Positions 40,697 through 55,543 are shown, counted from the first letter of the stretch. The stretch is DNA of 64,000 bases from Octopus sinensis (GCF_006345805.1 NC_043015.1:29140001-29204000); one strand, 5' to 3'. Numbers and translations are program-made. Notes: a model not told the origin generated them from the letters alone.

Positions 40697-41325
40697 AGTA
40701 GTCATGGTTGTGGAAGTGATGATGATGATGATGATGAAAGTAGTCATGGTTGTGGAAGTGATGATGATGATGATGAAAGTAGTCATGGTTGTGGAAGTGA
40801 TATGATGATGATGATGATGAAAGTAGTCATGGTTGTGGAAGTGATATGATGATGATGATGATGTGAAAGTAGTCATGGTTGTGGAGTGAGATGATGATGA
40901 AGTAGTCATGGTTGTGAAGTGATGATGATGAGATGATGATGAAAGTAGTCATGGTTGTGGAAGTGATGTGATGATGATGATGATGATGAAAGTAGTCATG
41001 GTTGTGGAAGTGATGATGATGATGATGATGATGATGAAAGTAGTCATGGTTGTGGAAGTGATGATGATGATGATGATGATGATGAAAGTAGTCATGGTTG
41101 TGGAAGTGATGATGATGATGATGATGATGATGAAAGTAGTCATGGTTGTGGAAGTGATGATGATGATGATGATGATGAAAGTAGTCATGGTTGTGGAAGT
41201 GATGATGATGATGATGATGATGATGAAAGTAGTCATGGTTGTGGAAGTGATGATGATGATGATGATGATGATGATAAAAGTAGTCATGGTAATGGAAGAG
41301 ATGATGATGATGAGGATGATGATGA
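40690..41325. repeat. Minisatellite [AAAGTAGTCATGGTTGTGGAAGT(GAT)n], about 14 units
   Basis: Directly visible. Source of the His-rich and Met-rich ORFs. Confidence 0.95.
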
Positions 41326-42008
41326 TGATGTTTTAACGGTGGAGAGCAGACATAAAGGTCCCACAAAACTAAGTCAGCAATCCCATCTCGATCGACTCCC
41401 AGATGCTTCCATTTCATTTCATTTGCACTGCCGTTAACGTCCTTGAGAAAGAGACTTGCATAACACAATTCTCATCTTGTGCTTCTGTAAGAAATCCTTT
41501 TTAAATGTTGCAAATACAGCAAGTAAGTTGAATAGACCATTGAAAGCCATCTAATTTTATGCTTCTTATCTCGCTTTAAATTTGAGGCCTTTGTACCAAT
41601 GTAAGAAATCGTTTACAAGTTGTCAATACAGAACATAATTGAACAGTAAACCTCTTTTCAGTTTATATTTGAAACCATCAAATTTATTTTATGCTCCTTA
41701 GTTATGATAATCAAGCAATTCAGAGTAGTGTGAACATCACACATACCTTACCTACAAAAATCTTTCTCTCTTTCTCTCTCTATATATATATTTATATATG
41801 TATATATATATATATATTATATATATATATATATATATATTATATATTATATATATACAGGAGTAAACACATAAATGTGAAACAAGGTGGAATAAAAGAG
41901 TACTCAAATACCAGTGGTAGAGTAATATGCTTTATTTAAAAGCAGCAGAAAATCAACGGGAAACTCAGAGTAACAGGTTTTGTTGAATTTTCTGCTGCTT
42001 TAAATAAA

Positions 42009-42044
<36 letters not shown>

Positions 42045-42360
42045 TATATATATATATATATATTATATATATAATAAAATTATTATATATATTATGCTAT
42101 TATAATTAAATTTACATCCAATGTAGGATAAAATTTTCTAAAAAAATTTTATCAATGGCCAGCATATTAAAAAATACCTTTAAAGGTTAAATTTATAAAC
42201 TTATAAATAAGGGCAAACGAAAAAAAATTTCTAATGCCAAATATGCTGAAACTAGACACATTGTCCATAACCATTATAATTTATCACAATAAGCATGCTA
42301 CTCGAAAAAGGTTGACAGAAATTTCTAAAAAATTTTTTTGTTTACCTTTATTTATAAGTT

Positions 42361-42426
<66 letters not shown>

Positions 42427-45182
42427 TGATAAAACTGGAATGAATGACATTCTTTATTTAAAAATCACTCCAATTGTTTCAATACATTTTTACACCTGTA
42501 GTACATTGGTGAGATGTTGTATAATCATTATCATGCATCCAAGATGTGAAATGCACCTCCTCAGATGAATGCTTATATAAGCCCTTCATTAGGTGCTAAT
42601 TACAGATTATCTCACCTATAAACTGTGTGTAAAACATGTGTTGAAACAATTGTACTGATTCTAAATAAAGAATGCCATTTATTCTATTTTCTATTATTCA
42701 TATAATTATATAAGCTCTATGGATACTATGGAATTCCTGATATATATTCAGTAGAAGGAGCATTTTCACTGTATGATGACATCAGGTAGCGATTAACTGG
42801 ACAAGCTTTGCATAACACTCTACAAGGTTTTATTGAAGTAGGTATGTGTGTGAATGCGTGTGAGTACACTTGTGTTTCCTTGTCTTGACATCACATGAAA
42901 GCTGTAAATGAGCGTCACTGTCATACAAGCAGTGTCATTCATTTCTCGTATTCTGTGTGATAATGTCTGACCATGGGAAAATATTAACCTGCATGGAAAC
43001 ACGAGAGAGTTACTCTTTGACTCTTTTACTTGTTTCAGTCATGTGACTGTGGCCATGCTGGAGCACCGCCTTTAGTCGAGCAAATCGACCTCAGGACTTA
43101 TTCTTTGTAAGCCAAGTACTTATTCTATCGGTCTCTTTTGCCGAACCACTAAGTTACAGGGACGTAAACACACCAGCATCGGTTGTCAAACGATGTCGGG
43201 GGGACAAACACAGACACACAAACATACACACACACACATACATATATATATTCATATATACAACAGGCTTCTTTTAGTTTCCGTCTACCAAATCCACTCA
43301 CAAGGCCTTGGTTGGCCCGAGGCTATAGTAGAAGACACTTGCCCGGAACCATGTGGTTGGTAAGCAAGCTATTTACCACACAGCCACTCCTGTGCCTGGT
43401 GCCAGGAAGGGTGTTTGTCTATAAAAAAATCTGGTTCAACAAACTCCATCTAAACCATGCAGACATGGAAAAGTGGACATTAAAATGATGATGGTGATAA
43501 TGATGATGATGGGGGGTGATGAGGATGTGTGAATTTGAGTTTGTTCTACCCATCCATCAACTGATAACTCAGTAAAAAAGAAGACTTAAAAAATAACTAC
43601 TGTGATATGCTGACTAAAACAAGTAAAAAATAAAAGAGTGATAGCCTTTATTCCATGTATATAGACTAAACTGAAGGTCATCTTGTCCTAAGATTTAGAT
43701 TTTAAAACATGTGAGCATATTTAATAGAATTGTGATGAATGGGTTGATGAAGATTTTGCTGCTGCATTGAGCAGGTGGAACTGCTCTCGGATTTTTCTTC
43801 AATTGGAAAGAATAAAACGGTAATGGATAACAGTGCTGATAAAATTACATATAATTGTCAAAATTATGATTTATCAGTTTCTAAATGGAAATAAATTCAT
43901 CTCTTGAAAGAACAACCATATGATTCCTAATCATTGAAATAAAAACAAAAATTAAAATAAAAAGTTTTTAAAATTAAAAAAAAATCATTCTGACAATTCT
44001 GACAAAGATAAAACAAGTAAAATATCAAAATTATGTAGAAATAAATTTTAAAAGAATTAAAAGAATAAAAACTGCAAAAGCGAAGAGAATACTTAAAAAC
44101 AATGATAACTGTAAATTGTTAATGTGAAGAAGTAAAAAAAAAAAAAAGAAATCTATATGGTAAATATTAATTCTTTGGCACATTAAATGTACACACTGTT
44201 CAGTGAAGTGACGATAATGTGTTAGATATACTGTTCCTGGCTGATGGAGGAGATAGTTTGATAAATAAATCTTGATAGAGGATGGTGTATTAAATGAACA
44301 GTGAATAATGGCATAGATAGCAATGGTGGCCGCTGACTCAGCTTCCAGAAGGGAGATAGCACATTTCAATAAATTCTGATTTATTGGTGCTAAGAATAAA
44401 ACTTCACAGAGTGTCTAGTTATTTGCTTTAGCAGAGTGAAAGGTATTCAATCAATTAAATATAACCTCTTTGAACGGTGTTGCGTTGAAAATTACATGAA
44501 AGTACAGAAATTGGCTTGAGACTGATATTAATTCAAACCGATCTAGTGTATTAACTTGAGACACACATTAAAGGGATATCATCTCGCTTAAAAGATGCTT
44601 ATATAATATATTCGACAGATATCGTGTCAAATAGATATCGATGCATTTGGGAGATATCTGAGCTGAAAAGCGGGCAAGGTATCAAAAGCAGCAGAGAAAG
44701 TATTTAAATGTTAGATATCAATGAGAACTTGTTGGTCAACACAGGCTTTATATCTGTGTAAATGTATATATGTGTGTATATATGTTTGTGTGTTCTTCAA
44801 AGATTCCAGAATTTAAAAATTGATTAGAAGCAAGCTAAATGGTTTAGCAGGAGAGGTAGGTAGGCTTTATGGTGAACCATGAGATTTATATTTGAAATCA
44901 CTCTTACACCTGGCTCTATAGATAGAATCTGGAATAAATGGAAGATACTTTATCGAGTGGCAAAGTTGAAAAGCAGTAAGCTTTAAAGAGATCTGCCCGG
45001 CTAAGAGACTGGCAGTCTCACCGAGATATAGAAATCACCCAATAAAATGTTTCCTCAGCGTCAAGTTTATACTGAAAATCACAAGTTTTTGGCTATAACA
45101 GAATATTTCATGTATTTGCTCCAAGGATAACACAAATACATTAAAAAATAGTATAACACAAACAGCATATATATATATATAT

Positions 45183-45217
<35 letters not shown>

Positions 45218-45869
45218 CTGTATATATATGTATATATATATTCTTTTTTCCTTTATTCCTTTACTTGTTTCAGTCATCTGACTGCAGCCATGCTGGAGCA
45301 CTGCATTTAGTCAAACAAATCAAGTCCAAGACTTATTCTTTGTAAGCCTAGTACTTATTCTATTGGTCTCTTTTTTGACGAACCGCTAAGTGACAGGGCG
45401 AAATGTTTAGCGGTATTTTGTCTGTCGTTACGTTCTGAGTTCAAATTCCGCCGAGGTTGACTTTGCCTTTCATCCTTTCGGGGTCGATAAATAAAGTACC
45501 AGTTTCGCACTGGGGTCGATATAATTGACTTAATCCCTTTGTCTGTCCTTGTTTGTCCCCTCTATGTTTAGCCCCTTGTGGGCAGTAAAGAAATATATAT
45601 ATGTATGTATGTATGTGTGTGCATGTTTCTATGATCTATTCAAACCCTCTCAGACTGGTGAGATTTATACAGGTGATAGACACCCTGTTTTAGTATCTGC
45701 AGGCTAATGTCAACATCAAAAGTGTGAATGAAAAGCTATTGAGGATCTGCTGGTAACAGATTGACCCTTATTGTAAAAACATCTTTCTATTTTTTTTTTT
45801 TTTATTCTTGGTACATTTTTTTCTATGTATATATTTTCTAGTATTGATGTCCATCTAATTTGCAGTTAA

Positions 45870-46089
45870 CCCTTTCGTTACCAACCTGGCTGAAACCGGC
45901 TCTGGCTCTGAGTAAAAATGTCTTGTTTCCATAAATTTTGAATTGAAATCTTCCACCAAACTTTAGTCACAATTCATGTTCCTAACACTAGCTTAATGAC
46001 AACCAAGTTATTTTACTAAATTCTTTGTTATATCTAAAGTAATTGAAAGAAACACAGAGCATCTCAAAATAAATACAGTAACGAAAGGG
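45870..46089. mobile_element. piggyBac-like MITE
   Basis: TTAA|CCCTTTCGTTAC...GTAACGAAAGGG|TTAA: 12-bp perfect TIRs with a TTAA target duplication. Confidence 0.85.
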
Positions 46090-47358
46090 TTAAATCATTC
46101 GAACATTTTGTTGGTTTTTAGCAAGAGCAAGTATTATAAATGTCAAAAGACCTGAGAATATATAATCTAAATACTTTCAGCTGATTGGTAGTTTCTCAAA
46201 AGATTTCAGCTGTTTAGTTAACACCTTAACAGCTTTCACCTCATTTACCTGTACTGCAAAAAGATATCACCTGATTGGTCAGCCAACTTTCATTTGCTTA
46301 ATCAAAAACCTTAAAAGCTATCTATCTCCTGATTGGTTAGCATCTTAACAACTTGCAAATGATTGGTCAAAATTTCAAAACCTGTCACTTGATTGATCAG
46401 AACCATAACAACTCGAGTAATTTATAAACCTATTATTTCTTGAAACAGGCGGTGAGCTGGCAGAAACGTTAGCACGCCAGGCGGTATTTCGTCCGCCACT
46501 GTGTTCTGAGTTCAAATTCCGCCAAGGTTGACTTTGCCTTTCATCCCTTCAGGGTCGATAAATTAAGTACCAGTTACGCACTGGGGTCGATGGAATCAAC
46601 TTAATCCGTTTGTCTGTCCTTGTTTGTCCCCTCTGTGTTTAGCCCCTTGTGGGTAGTAAAGAATATATTATTTCTTGAAACAGAATCATTAGCACACCAG
46701 ACAAAATTCTTAGCGACATTTCATCTAGCTTTACATTCTGAGTTCAAATTTCACCGAGGTCGACTTTGCCTTTCATCCTTTAAGGGTTGATAAAATAAAT
46801 ACCAGTTGAACTCTGGGGTTGATGTCATCAACTTAACCCCCTTTTCTCAATCTAAAGTTTGAAATCATTATTTCTTGAAACAATAACATCCTCAATAGGC
46901 GCAGGAGTGGTTGTGTGGTATGTAGCTTGCTAACCAACCACATGGTTCCGGGTTTCAGTCCCACTGCGTGGCATCTTGGGCAAGTGTCTTCTGCTATAGC
47001 CCCGGGCCGACCAAAGCCTTGTGAGTGGATTTGGTAGACGGAAACTGAAAGAAGCCTGTCATATATATGTATATATATATGTGTATGTGTGTTTGTGTGT
47101 CTGTGTTTGTCCTCCTAGCATTGCTTAACAACCAATGCTGGTGTGTTTACGTCCCCGTCACTTAGCAGTTCGGCAAAAAGGACCGATAGAATAAGTACTG
47201 GGTTTACAAAGAATAAGTCCTGGGGTCGATTTGCTCGAGTAAAGGCGGTGCTCCAGCATGGCCGCAGTCAAATGACTGAAACAAGTAAAAGAGTAAAGAG
47301 TAAAAGAGTAATCCAACTTCAATACCAGACTTTAGACATTCAATAAGATAATACTTAC

Positions 47359-47508
47359 ATTGGCTGCTCTCTTTTTTTTACGGAAATATTCTCCTAGCTT
47401 TTCTTTCATTTTCAGAACAATCTCTGTTCCATTTTTCTTTTCAAATGTGTAATTTGCTTGATCAAGGTACGATTGGCTGTAATCTTTTTTAATACCATCA
47501 CTCGCAAG
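47359..47508 (-). CDS. Exon LASDGIKKDYSQSYLDQANYTFEKKNGTEIVLKMKEKLGEYFRKKKRAAN, probably N-terminal region of a VWA/Cache-domain (alpha2delta/CACHD1-like) protein
   Basis: Acceptor tttccttctgtttcgttgcag, donor gtaagt. 150 nt, phase 0-0. Product inferred from recalled similarity only. Confidence 0.65.
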
Positions 47509-50324
47509 CTGCAACGAAACAGAAGGAAACGACATTGAGCATCATATTAAAAAAAATAATAAAAGAAAGAAAGAAAATCATTATTATTGAAGGGTTTTTA
47601 AAATTTGTCATTATTGTAAATCATTCCTGTCATCATTAAGTTCATCATTATCATCATTATCATCATCATCATCATCAAAAACATCGTTACTCTTAATTTC
47701 AATCACCACTGCAAACGCAGCCACCACCACCGCCGCCACCACCACCACCGCCACCGCCGCTGTCACCACCACAACCATCACCACCACTAACACTACCACC
47801 ACCGCCACCGCCACCGCCACCACCACTACCACCACCTCCATCATGATCATAAGCGTCAGCATCCATAATTTTCATCAACACTGCAACCATCATCATCTGC
47901 ACTAGTATTACAATTATAATCAACATCCTCACTTTCATAGCAAACCACCGTCTTTCCAACAGCCGCCATGACCATCACCATGACTACTACCACAATCACT
48001 AGCACCTTCATCACAACAACATCATCATCATCAATTTTTGTCATCATTGCCAGAAACAATATCCTATTTCTAAGAAGAATCAAATAGTGCTGTACACGAT
48101 TATCACTGATTAGAAATTGTAAGAATTTCATAATAATCAAAAAAAAAAAAAATTAATTAAATATATGTATTCTATGCATGTTCCCCCCCTCCCGCCCCTT
48201 ATTCCTTAATTTCAAATTCTAACTTCTAATGTTACCAAATATTACAAAGAAATTATCTTCCCTGTATCAACTCTCTACTAAGAACACCACATGACTATCT
48301 TACTCAAATTTGCAGTGGCATTCACCCAGTGTCGGCTAAGAACTAGTTGATTACAGGGGGTTGATGTAATCAGCTAGACCCGCCCCCACTTCAAATTTCA
48401 GACCTTGTGCCTACAGTAGAAAGGATTATTTATAACTTAATTTAAGGTGGTGAGCTGGCAGAATCATTAGCATTCTGGATAAAATGCTAACTAACATTTC
48501 ATTTGTCTTTACATTCTGAGTTCAAATTCTACTGAGGTTGACTTTACCTTTCATTCTTTCCAGGTCAATAAAATAAGTACTTGTTGATTACTGGGGGTTG
48601 ATGTAATCAACTAGACCCCACCCACCCTTCAAATTTCAGGTCTTGTGCCTATAGTAGAAAGTATTATTTATAACTTTATCTGTTTTGAGTTCCACTGATA
48701 TAACAATATTTTTCATATCTCTCTAACTTTCAAATAAAAATTCATAAGAATTCATTCATATAATGTTAACAAAAAATTGATCCATTTGATGAGAGAGAGT
48801 CACAGTTTGTTTGCAGAGAACAGATAAAATGGTGGAAAAAAAATTTAAACCCTCAAAATGGTAAGATTTCTCAAATGTCAGACTTTGTGTAGAAGACCAT
48901 AAACATTTACATTCAAAATCCAGATTTCTGAATGCAAATCAGCAGGTGAGAATCTCAATCAAATATCTTAAATTAAAAACCAACAATATACACAGCTAAA
49001 ACCTCCTTTTTCTCTATTTCTCTCTCTCTCTCTCTTTTTTTCTTTTTTCTTTTCCAAAGCAATGATTTCCAACCAATGTTTAAAGCTTGCTTTGATGGAT
49101 AAACCTTATAATTAATAATGGAAGCAGATTCTGCTTTCCAGCATTTAAATACTGGTGACGTCTATAAATATATATATATAGCGAGAGAGACAGGTGTGTC
49201 TGTGTTGTAAGCAGCGAGCTGGCAGAAACGTTAGCATGCCAGGCGAAATGTGTAGCCGTATTTCATCTGCCGTTTCATTCTGAGTTCAAATTCCGCCGAG
49301 GTCGACTTTGCCTTTCATCCTTTCGGGGTCGATAAATTGAGTACCAGTTACGCACTGGGGTCGATATAATCGACTTAATCCCTTTGTCTGTCCTTGTTTG
49401 TCCCCTCTATGTTTAGCCCCTTGTGGGTAGTAAAGAAATAGGTATTTCGTCTGCTGTTACTTTCTGAGTCCAAATTCCGCTGAGGTCGACTTTGCCTTTC
49501 ATCCTTTCGGGGTCGATAAATTGAGTACCAGTTACGCACTGGGGTCGATATAATCGACTTAATCCCTTTGTCTGTCCTTGTTTGTCCCCTCTATGTTTAG
49601 CCCCTTGTGGGTAGTAAAGAAATAGGTAAGTAGCTTGCTTTCCAACTACATGGTTCTGGTTTCAGTCCCAATGCATAGCACCATGGGCAAGTGTCTTCTA
49701 CTATAGCCTCGGGCCAACCAAAGCCTTGTGAGTGTATTTGGCAGATGGAAACTGAAAGAAGCCCATCATATTATACTCAATTGTCAAGCAGCGATGGGGG
49801 ACTGACACAAGAACATGCATACACATATATACATATGTTTATCTTTGATCTTTTACTTGTTTCAGTCATTTGAATGAGGCCAAACTGGAGCACCACCCTT
49901 CAAGGGTTTTAGCCAAACAAATCTAACCCAGGACTTATTTTTATAAAAGTAGTACTTATTCTATTAGTTTCTGTTGCTGAACTGCTATGTTACAAGGATG
50001 TAAGAACACCAACATGGGTTGTCAAGTAGCGGTAGAGGGGACACACACACACACACAACGGGCTTCTTTCAGTTTCTGTCTACCAAATCCTCTCACAAGG
50101 CTTTTGTTGGCCCAAGGCTACAGTAGAAGACACTTACCCAAAGTACCACGCAGTGGGGCTGAACCCCAAACCGTGTGGTTGGGAAGCAAGTTTCTTACAA
50201 CACAGCCACACGCATACACGTATATATACACACACACACACACACATGTGTATATATGTATATATGTGCATGTGTGCATGCGTGTGAGTGTGTGTGTGTG
50301 TGTGTGTATATAATATATATATAC

Positions 50325-50358
<34 letters not shown>

Positions 50359-50712
50359 CATATATATTATACTATATATATATATATACGTGCCGGTGGC
50401 ACATAAAAAGCACCATCCGAATCGTGGCCGAAGCCAGTGCCGCCTCGACTGGCTTCCGTGCCGGTGGCACGTAAAATGCACCAATCCGACCATGGCCAAT
50501 GTCAGCCTCGCCTGGCACCTGTGCAGGTGGCACGTAAAAAGCACCCACTACACTCACGGAGTGGTTGGCGTTAGGAAGGGCATCCAGCTGTAGAAACATT
50601 GCCAGATAAGACTGGAGCATGGTGCAGCCTTCTGGCTTCCCAGATCCCCAGTCGAACCGTCCAACCCATGCTAGCATGGAGAACGGACGTTAAACGATGA
50701 TGATGATAATGA

Positions 50713-50750
<38 letters not shown>

Positions 50751-51304
50751 GTATGTATGTATAGCAAGCAGCTTTTAGTTTCTCTCGACCAAATCCATTC
50801 ACAAGGCTTTGATTAGCCCAAGACTATAGTAAAAGACACATGCCCAAGGTGCCATGCAGTGGGACTGAACCCGGAACCATGTGGTTGGTAAGCAAACTTC
50901 TTAACCACACAGCCATATACATGCAAAAATCTATCTCTTTGACAAATTCTATAAAGAAGTGATGTATTGATAGGTTATCGAAATTAGGTTGTCTTCAGTA
51001 TCATTGGTAATTATAAGTTCACTGTGGAGAGAAAGCTAGAGTATGAGAATGTGAGAGAGAGAAAGGGGAAGGGGAGAGGAAGGAGAGAAGGAAAGCAAGG
51101 GAGTGAGAGAGAGAGAGTGAGAGAGAGAGAGGCAGACAGACACACACACAGTAGGATTCAATTACTAAGCAATGATTAAAGTTCAAATACACTTGAATTG
51201 TAAGCAACTTGAAGTTACTACGACAATTATTTTTAACTAGTTACGAATTAATGTGCTGACAGCAGCACTAGCAGCAGCAGCATATAATAGATGCTGGAGA
51301 TACT

Positions 51305-51521
51305 AGTAATGATGATGATGATGATGATAGTGGAATGGTGGTGACAATGATGATGATGATGATGATAGTGGAATGGTGGTGACGATGATGATGATGATGA
51401 TGATGATGATAGTGGAATGGTGGTGACGATGATGATGATAATGATGATGATGCTGGTGATGATAGTGAAATGTGGTGACAATGATGATGATGATAAAGAT
51501 GATGTGATGATGGTGGTGGTG

Positions 51522-51553
<32 letters not shown>

Positions 51554-51713
51554 AGCGGAATGGTGGTGACGATGATGATGATGATGATGGTGATGATAGT
51601 GGAATGGTGGTGACGATGATGATGATAATGATGATGATGCTGGTGATGATAGTGAAATGGTGGTGACAATGATGATGATGATGATAAAGATGATGGTGAT
51701 GATGGTGGTGGTG

Positions 51714-51745
<32 letters not shown>

Positions 51746-51850
51746 AGCGGAATGGTGGTGACGATGATGATGATGATGACATCACAGGTAATGGTGACGA
51801 TGATGATGAAGATGGTGGTGGTGGTGGTGGTGGTGGTGACGACGACGATG
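51305..51850. repeat. (GAT)n-based minisatellite with recurring AGTGGAATGGTGGTGAC
   Basis: Directly visible. Confidence 0.9.
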
Positions 51851-52660
51851 ATGTTCTTTCAGTATGTTATTGGAATAGGCTTATAGTTTTACAAATCAGT
51901 TAAAGTCAGAGCAAGCAGTGAGCTGCTGTCAGTCTTTAGCAAACATCAACAATGACGAAATTTCTCTGACCCTCGGACCAGTAAACTCACACTCTGTTGC
52001 CTCAGCAAACTCCAGACCCGCATATTTTAGACACAAGCTGACTCAGGGCCATCAAACAGGGAATGAATTAATTGCAAATTTTTTTCTGAATTTCAGGATA
52101 AAACGGAGATAAAATAGTCCTTAATTTGTAACCTTTTTAAATTAGATGACATTTTTTTCCCTTCTTCAGTTTCTTAAATATAAAGAAAGAAGAATAAAAT
52201 TGACTGAAACGATGTCAAATCCAAAAGATGACAGACTCAAAGGCCAACATGTCCAAGGGCTGAATAGGTACTGTTGATAACTGTAGGAATCTGGACCCAG
52301 AATCTTGCCTATCAGTTGGCATATAGTCTGTGGTTCTGTTTTGGCAATTCCACAGCATTAGTAAGTTAACATTAATAATAAATTTACGGAGATGTACTTG
52401 CATAGCATGTGACTTGATCTGAGATCGTGTGCTGAAACAAAAGCAATTTGCAGCATGGAAGGTGTTTATAAGCCATTTAAGAAACACACAAAAACCGCTA
52501 GATTCACTTCAACATTTAAATTTAATTTGTCAAAATATTTTCGTCGCTTTGAAACCGTGACCTGCTCACTGACAAAATTCCGTGCTGCATGAAATTTTGT
52601 CAGTGAACAGGTCATGGTCTCAAAGCAATGAAAATACAGGTGGAAACTGTCTGGGCACTT

Positions 52661-52699
<39 letters not shown>

Positions 52700-52805
52700 A
52701 TATATGTGAGTGAGTGAATGAGAGATGATAATGATGATGGTAGTGGTTACAACGATAATGAGGAGGAGAAGGAAGAGGCAGCTAGCAAGAAAAAGTAATA
52801 TTATA

Positions 52806-52870
<65 letters not shown>

Positions 52871-54204
52871 GGGGCCTTATTACAACATCATTCATTGATT
52901 TCTACAGAAAACTAGCTCCAAGTTGTACCAGAAATGGCAGTAAATAATTCCAAGAAACGGCAAGAGCAATAGATTAAGATTCCTAAAAATAATTCAATAA
53001 TCTTTATAACTTCCTTGATTACAGATTGATTGTTTTAATTAACTAAGACAGGTTGATGAATGCTAATAAGCCTGCTAATGTCCTGGTTCTTCATGGCAGC
53101 ACTAATAAAATATGAATCTTTGGTTAACTGAATTGTAACAGTGAATGTATCATTAAAATAAAGAATGGCTTTCTTTATAAAAGGTACCTTATAATTAGAA
53201 TCTCGTTGACTAAATGATTAATTTGTTTGTTCACTAATTTAGGCAGGTGACCTTGTTTAGTGATTGTTATACAGAAGAATGATAGCAAGGTTTGAATCAA
53301 TGGTAAGGAAGGAAAAAATCTTTCTTGAACTTAGGGGCTTACCAGACAGAAATTTATCCCAAGTTGAGTTTCGAGGTGTTCAGGTTGACAGTATGAAACT
53401 GTACCCTGAATGCAATACCAGTTCGTCACAGGATTAACCCTCAGTTGCTTACTGGTATGTATTTTCAACAGAGTCCACTGGAACAGTGTGAAATGTGCCT
53501 TACTCAAGAACACAATCAATCCATTGCCTGATCTGAGAATTGAACTCACAACCTCATCTAATACTCATGTGCCCAACACCTTAACCATTAGGCCACACAC
53601 CTTCACAAGATAAAGATGTACTATAAAGCAAAGGATGAAGAGTCAAATAGCCAACACTATTCTATTTCCTTTATAAAACAGAGGCATGTCCAGCTCAATG
53701 ACCCAGTGCAGTTGGCTGTAAACAGGTACCATGTAGGCTTAGTAGGGTACCGTTTTTCTTCTTCACTTTTATCTTTTACTTGTTTTAGTCATTAGATTGT
53801 GGCCATGCTGGGGTACTGCCTTAAAGTATATTGTTGAATGGATCCACCACCACCACCACCACCATCAGTATTATTAAGTAGTGACAGAAATATTTGATCA
53901 GTAGACTAACTGCTTCTGTTCTGTGTCTCGAGTTCAAATCTTACCAAAATACACTTCCTGTTCCATTTAAGGACTTGAAATTAAATAAGTACCAGTTATC
54001 TACTGAGACCATTCAGTTTCCTCTCTCTCCCTTACAAATAATGCGTGGGTAAAAAGTCATTATTGTTGCTGCTGCTGCTGCTGTGGTAGCTGTTATCATT
54101 CATTGGTAGTGGTGATGGTGGTGGCTTAGGTAAAATTTGAATGCTGTGCTTACTACGTATATATGTGTAACTCAAAGCACAGTGCATGTATGTATATATA
54201 TATA

Positions 54205-54592
54205 TATATAGGGAGAGTTTAGGAAAAAACAAAAGACGAAGACAGGTGGTGTACAAAACAAACAGATGTATTAGTATAACGCTCAGGAATAGAAAAAGTA
54301 TTTTACATTTCGAGCCTACGCTCTTCTACAGAAAGGGACACAGAAAAAACAAGGAGAGAAAAAAATGTGTGTAGTGGCTAACGATCTATCATAGCATGGA
54401 ATTTTGTCAGTGAACAGGTCGCGGTCTCAAGGCGACGAAAATATTTTACAAATTAAATTTAAATGTTGAAGTGGATCTAACGGTTTTTGTGTTTTTTTTA
54501 AATGGCTTATAAACACCTTCCACGCTGCAATTGTTTTCGTTCCAGCACACGATCTCAGATCAGGTCACTTGCTATGCAAGTACATTTCCGTA
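54205..54592. mobile_element. (TA)n-flanked composite non-autonomous element, probably Penelope-related
   Basis: Left part repeats at 33945-34105 and 37960-38130. Right part repeats at 8690-8900 and 52385-52590. Confidence 0.65.
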
Positions 54593-55488
54593 ATATATAT
54601 ATATATATAAGTTCCAGCAGCCTCTATATCAGAAAGTAATTTGAGCAATAAAATGTCCATCATAATGATTATAATATATTAAAACAAAAACCGGAGGAAA
54701 TTCTGTTAGCTTTCTCTATTGATTCTGCACTTGATGGCTGTCAGCCTGTAATCTGATCATTAAAACCTAAGCTAATCTGTTGAAAGTAAGTCAAATATAT
54801 TTTTAATCCTAACACTATGCTTAAATCTACACCGTGTAGTTTCTTATACTTCGTTGTTAAATATCTCATTGATCTTCTTTTTGAAGTAAGATGAACAGCA
54901 AACCACGCAATCCACTTCCTACAGTAAATCGCAGCATTTTCATTCCGGAAACCTTCAAATGGCCATGAAGTAGAAACTCAAGCTTTGATTTAACTGGATA
55001 TTCTTAGCAATTTAAAAAATAATACAGTTCCAATTGAGGCTCAGTAAAATGTGAGGTCAAAGTTCACTAGGTCAGTTATTATATAGTCAGCAGGTCAAAC
55101 TTAATACTTCTTCTTCTTCTTCGTCGTCGTCGTCATCATCATCATCGTTTTTCTTTTAATTTCTGCTTTTCCATGCTTGGAAGGAGTTTACTTGGAAGGA
55201 GTTTACTTTAATAATAATAATAATAATACCGTCTGATAAGGGTACACCAGGCACATGCATCACAACCATATGTGCGCAACATGGTGATCTCATATCAAGA
55301 TAAACAGCACATGACCTTGCAGGTGAGGCCCAGTTACAATTTTCTTCTGGTCGAGTAACCCATCCCGCTCAAAAGGCCCCTAAATAAGGGTTGTTTAAGG
55401 ATATTGAATGAAACACCCATGTTTCCAGAGGTGAATTATTCAAACCCCCCAAAATCCCTCTCAACACATGGCTATGATGTTCCCCCAC

Positions 55489-55543
<55 letters not shown>

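Noticed and set aside
40827-41468. 213-aa His-rich ORF (HHHHHHFHNHDYF)n
   Set aside because: Translation of a GAT-based minisatellite. Lacks the Gly/His motifs of real cephalopod His-rich structural proteins, and has no supported splice or start context.
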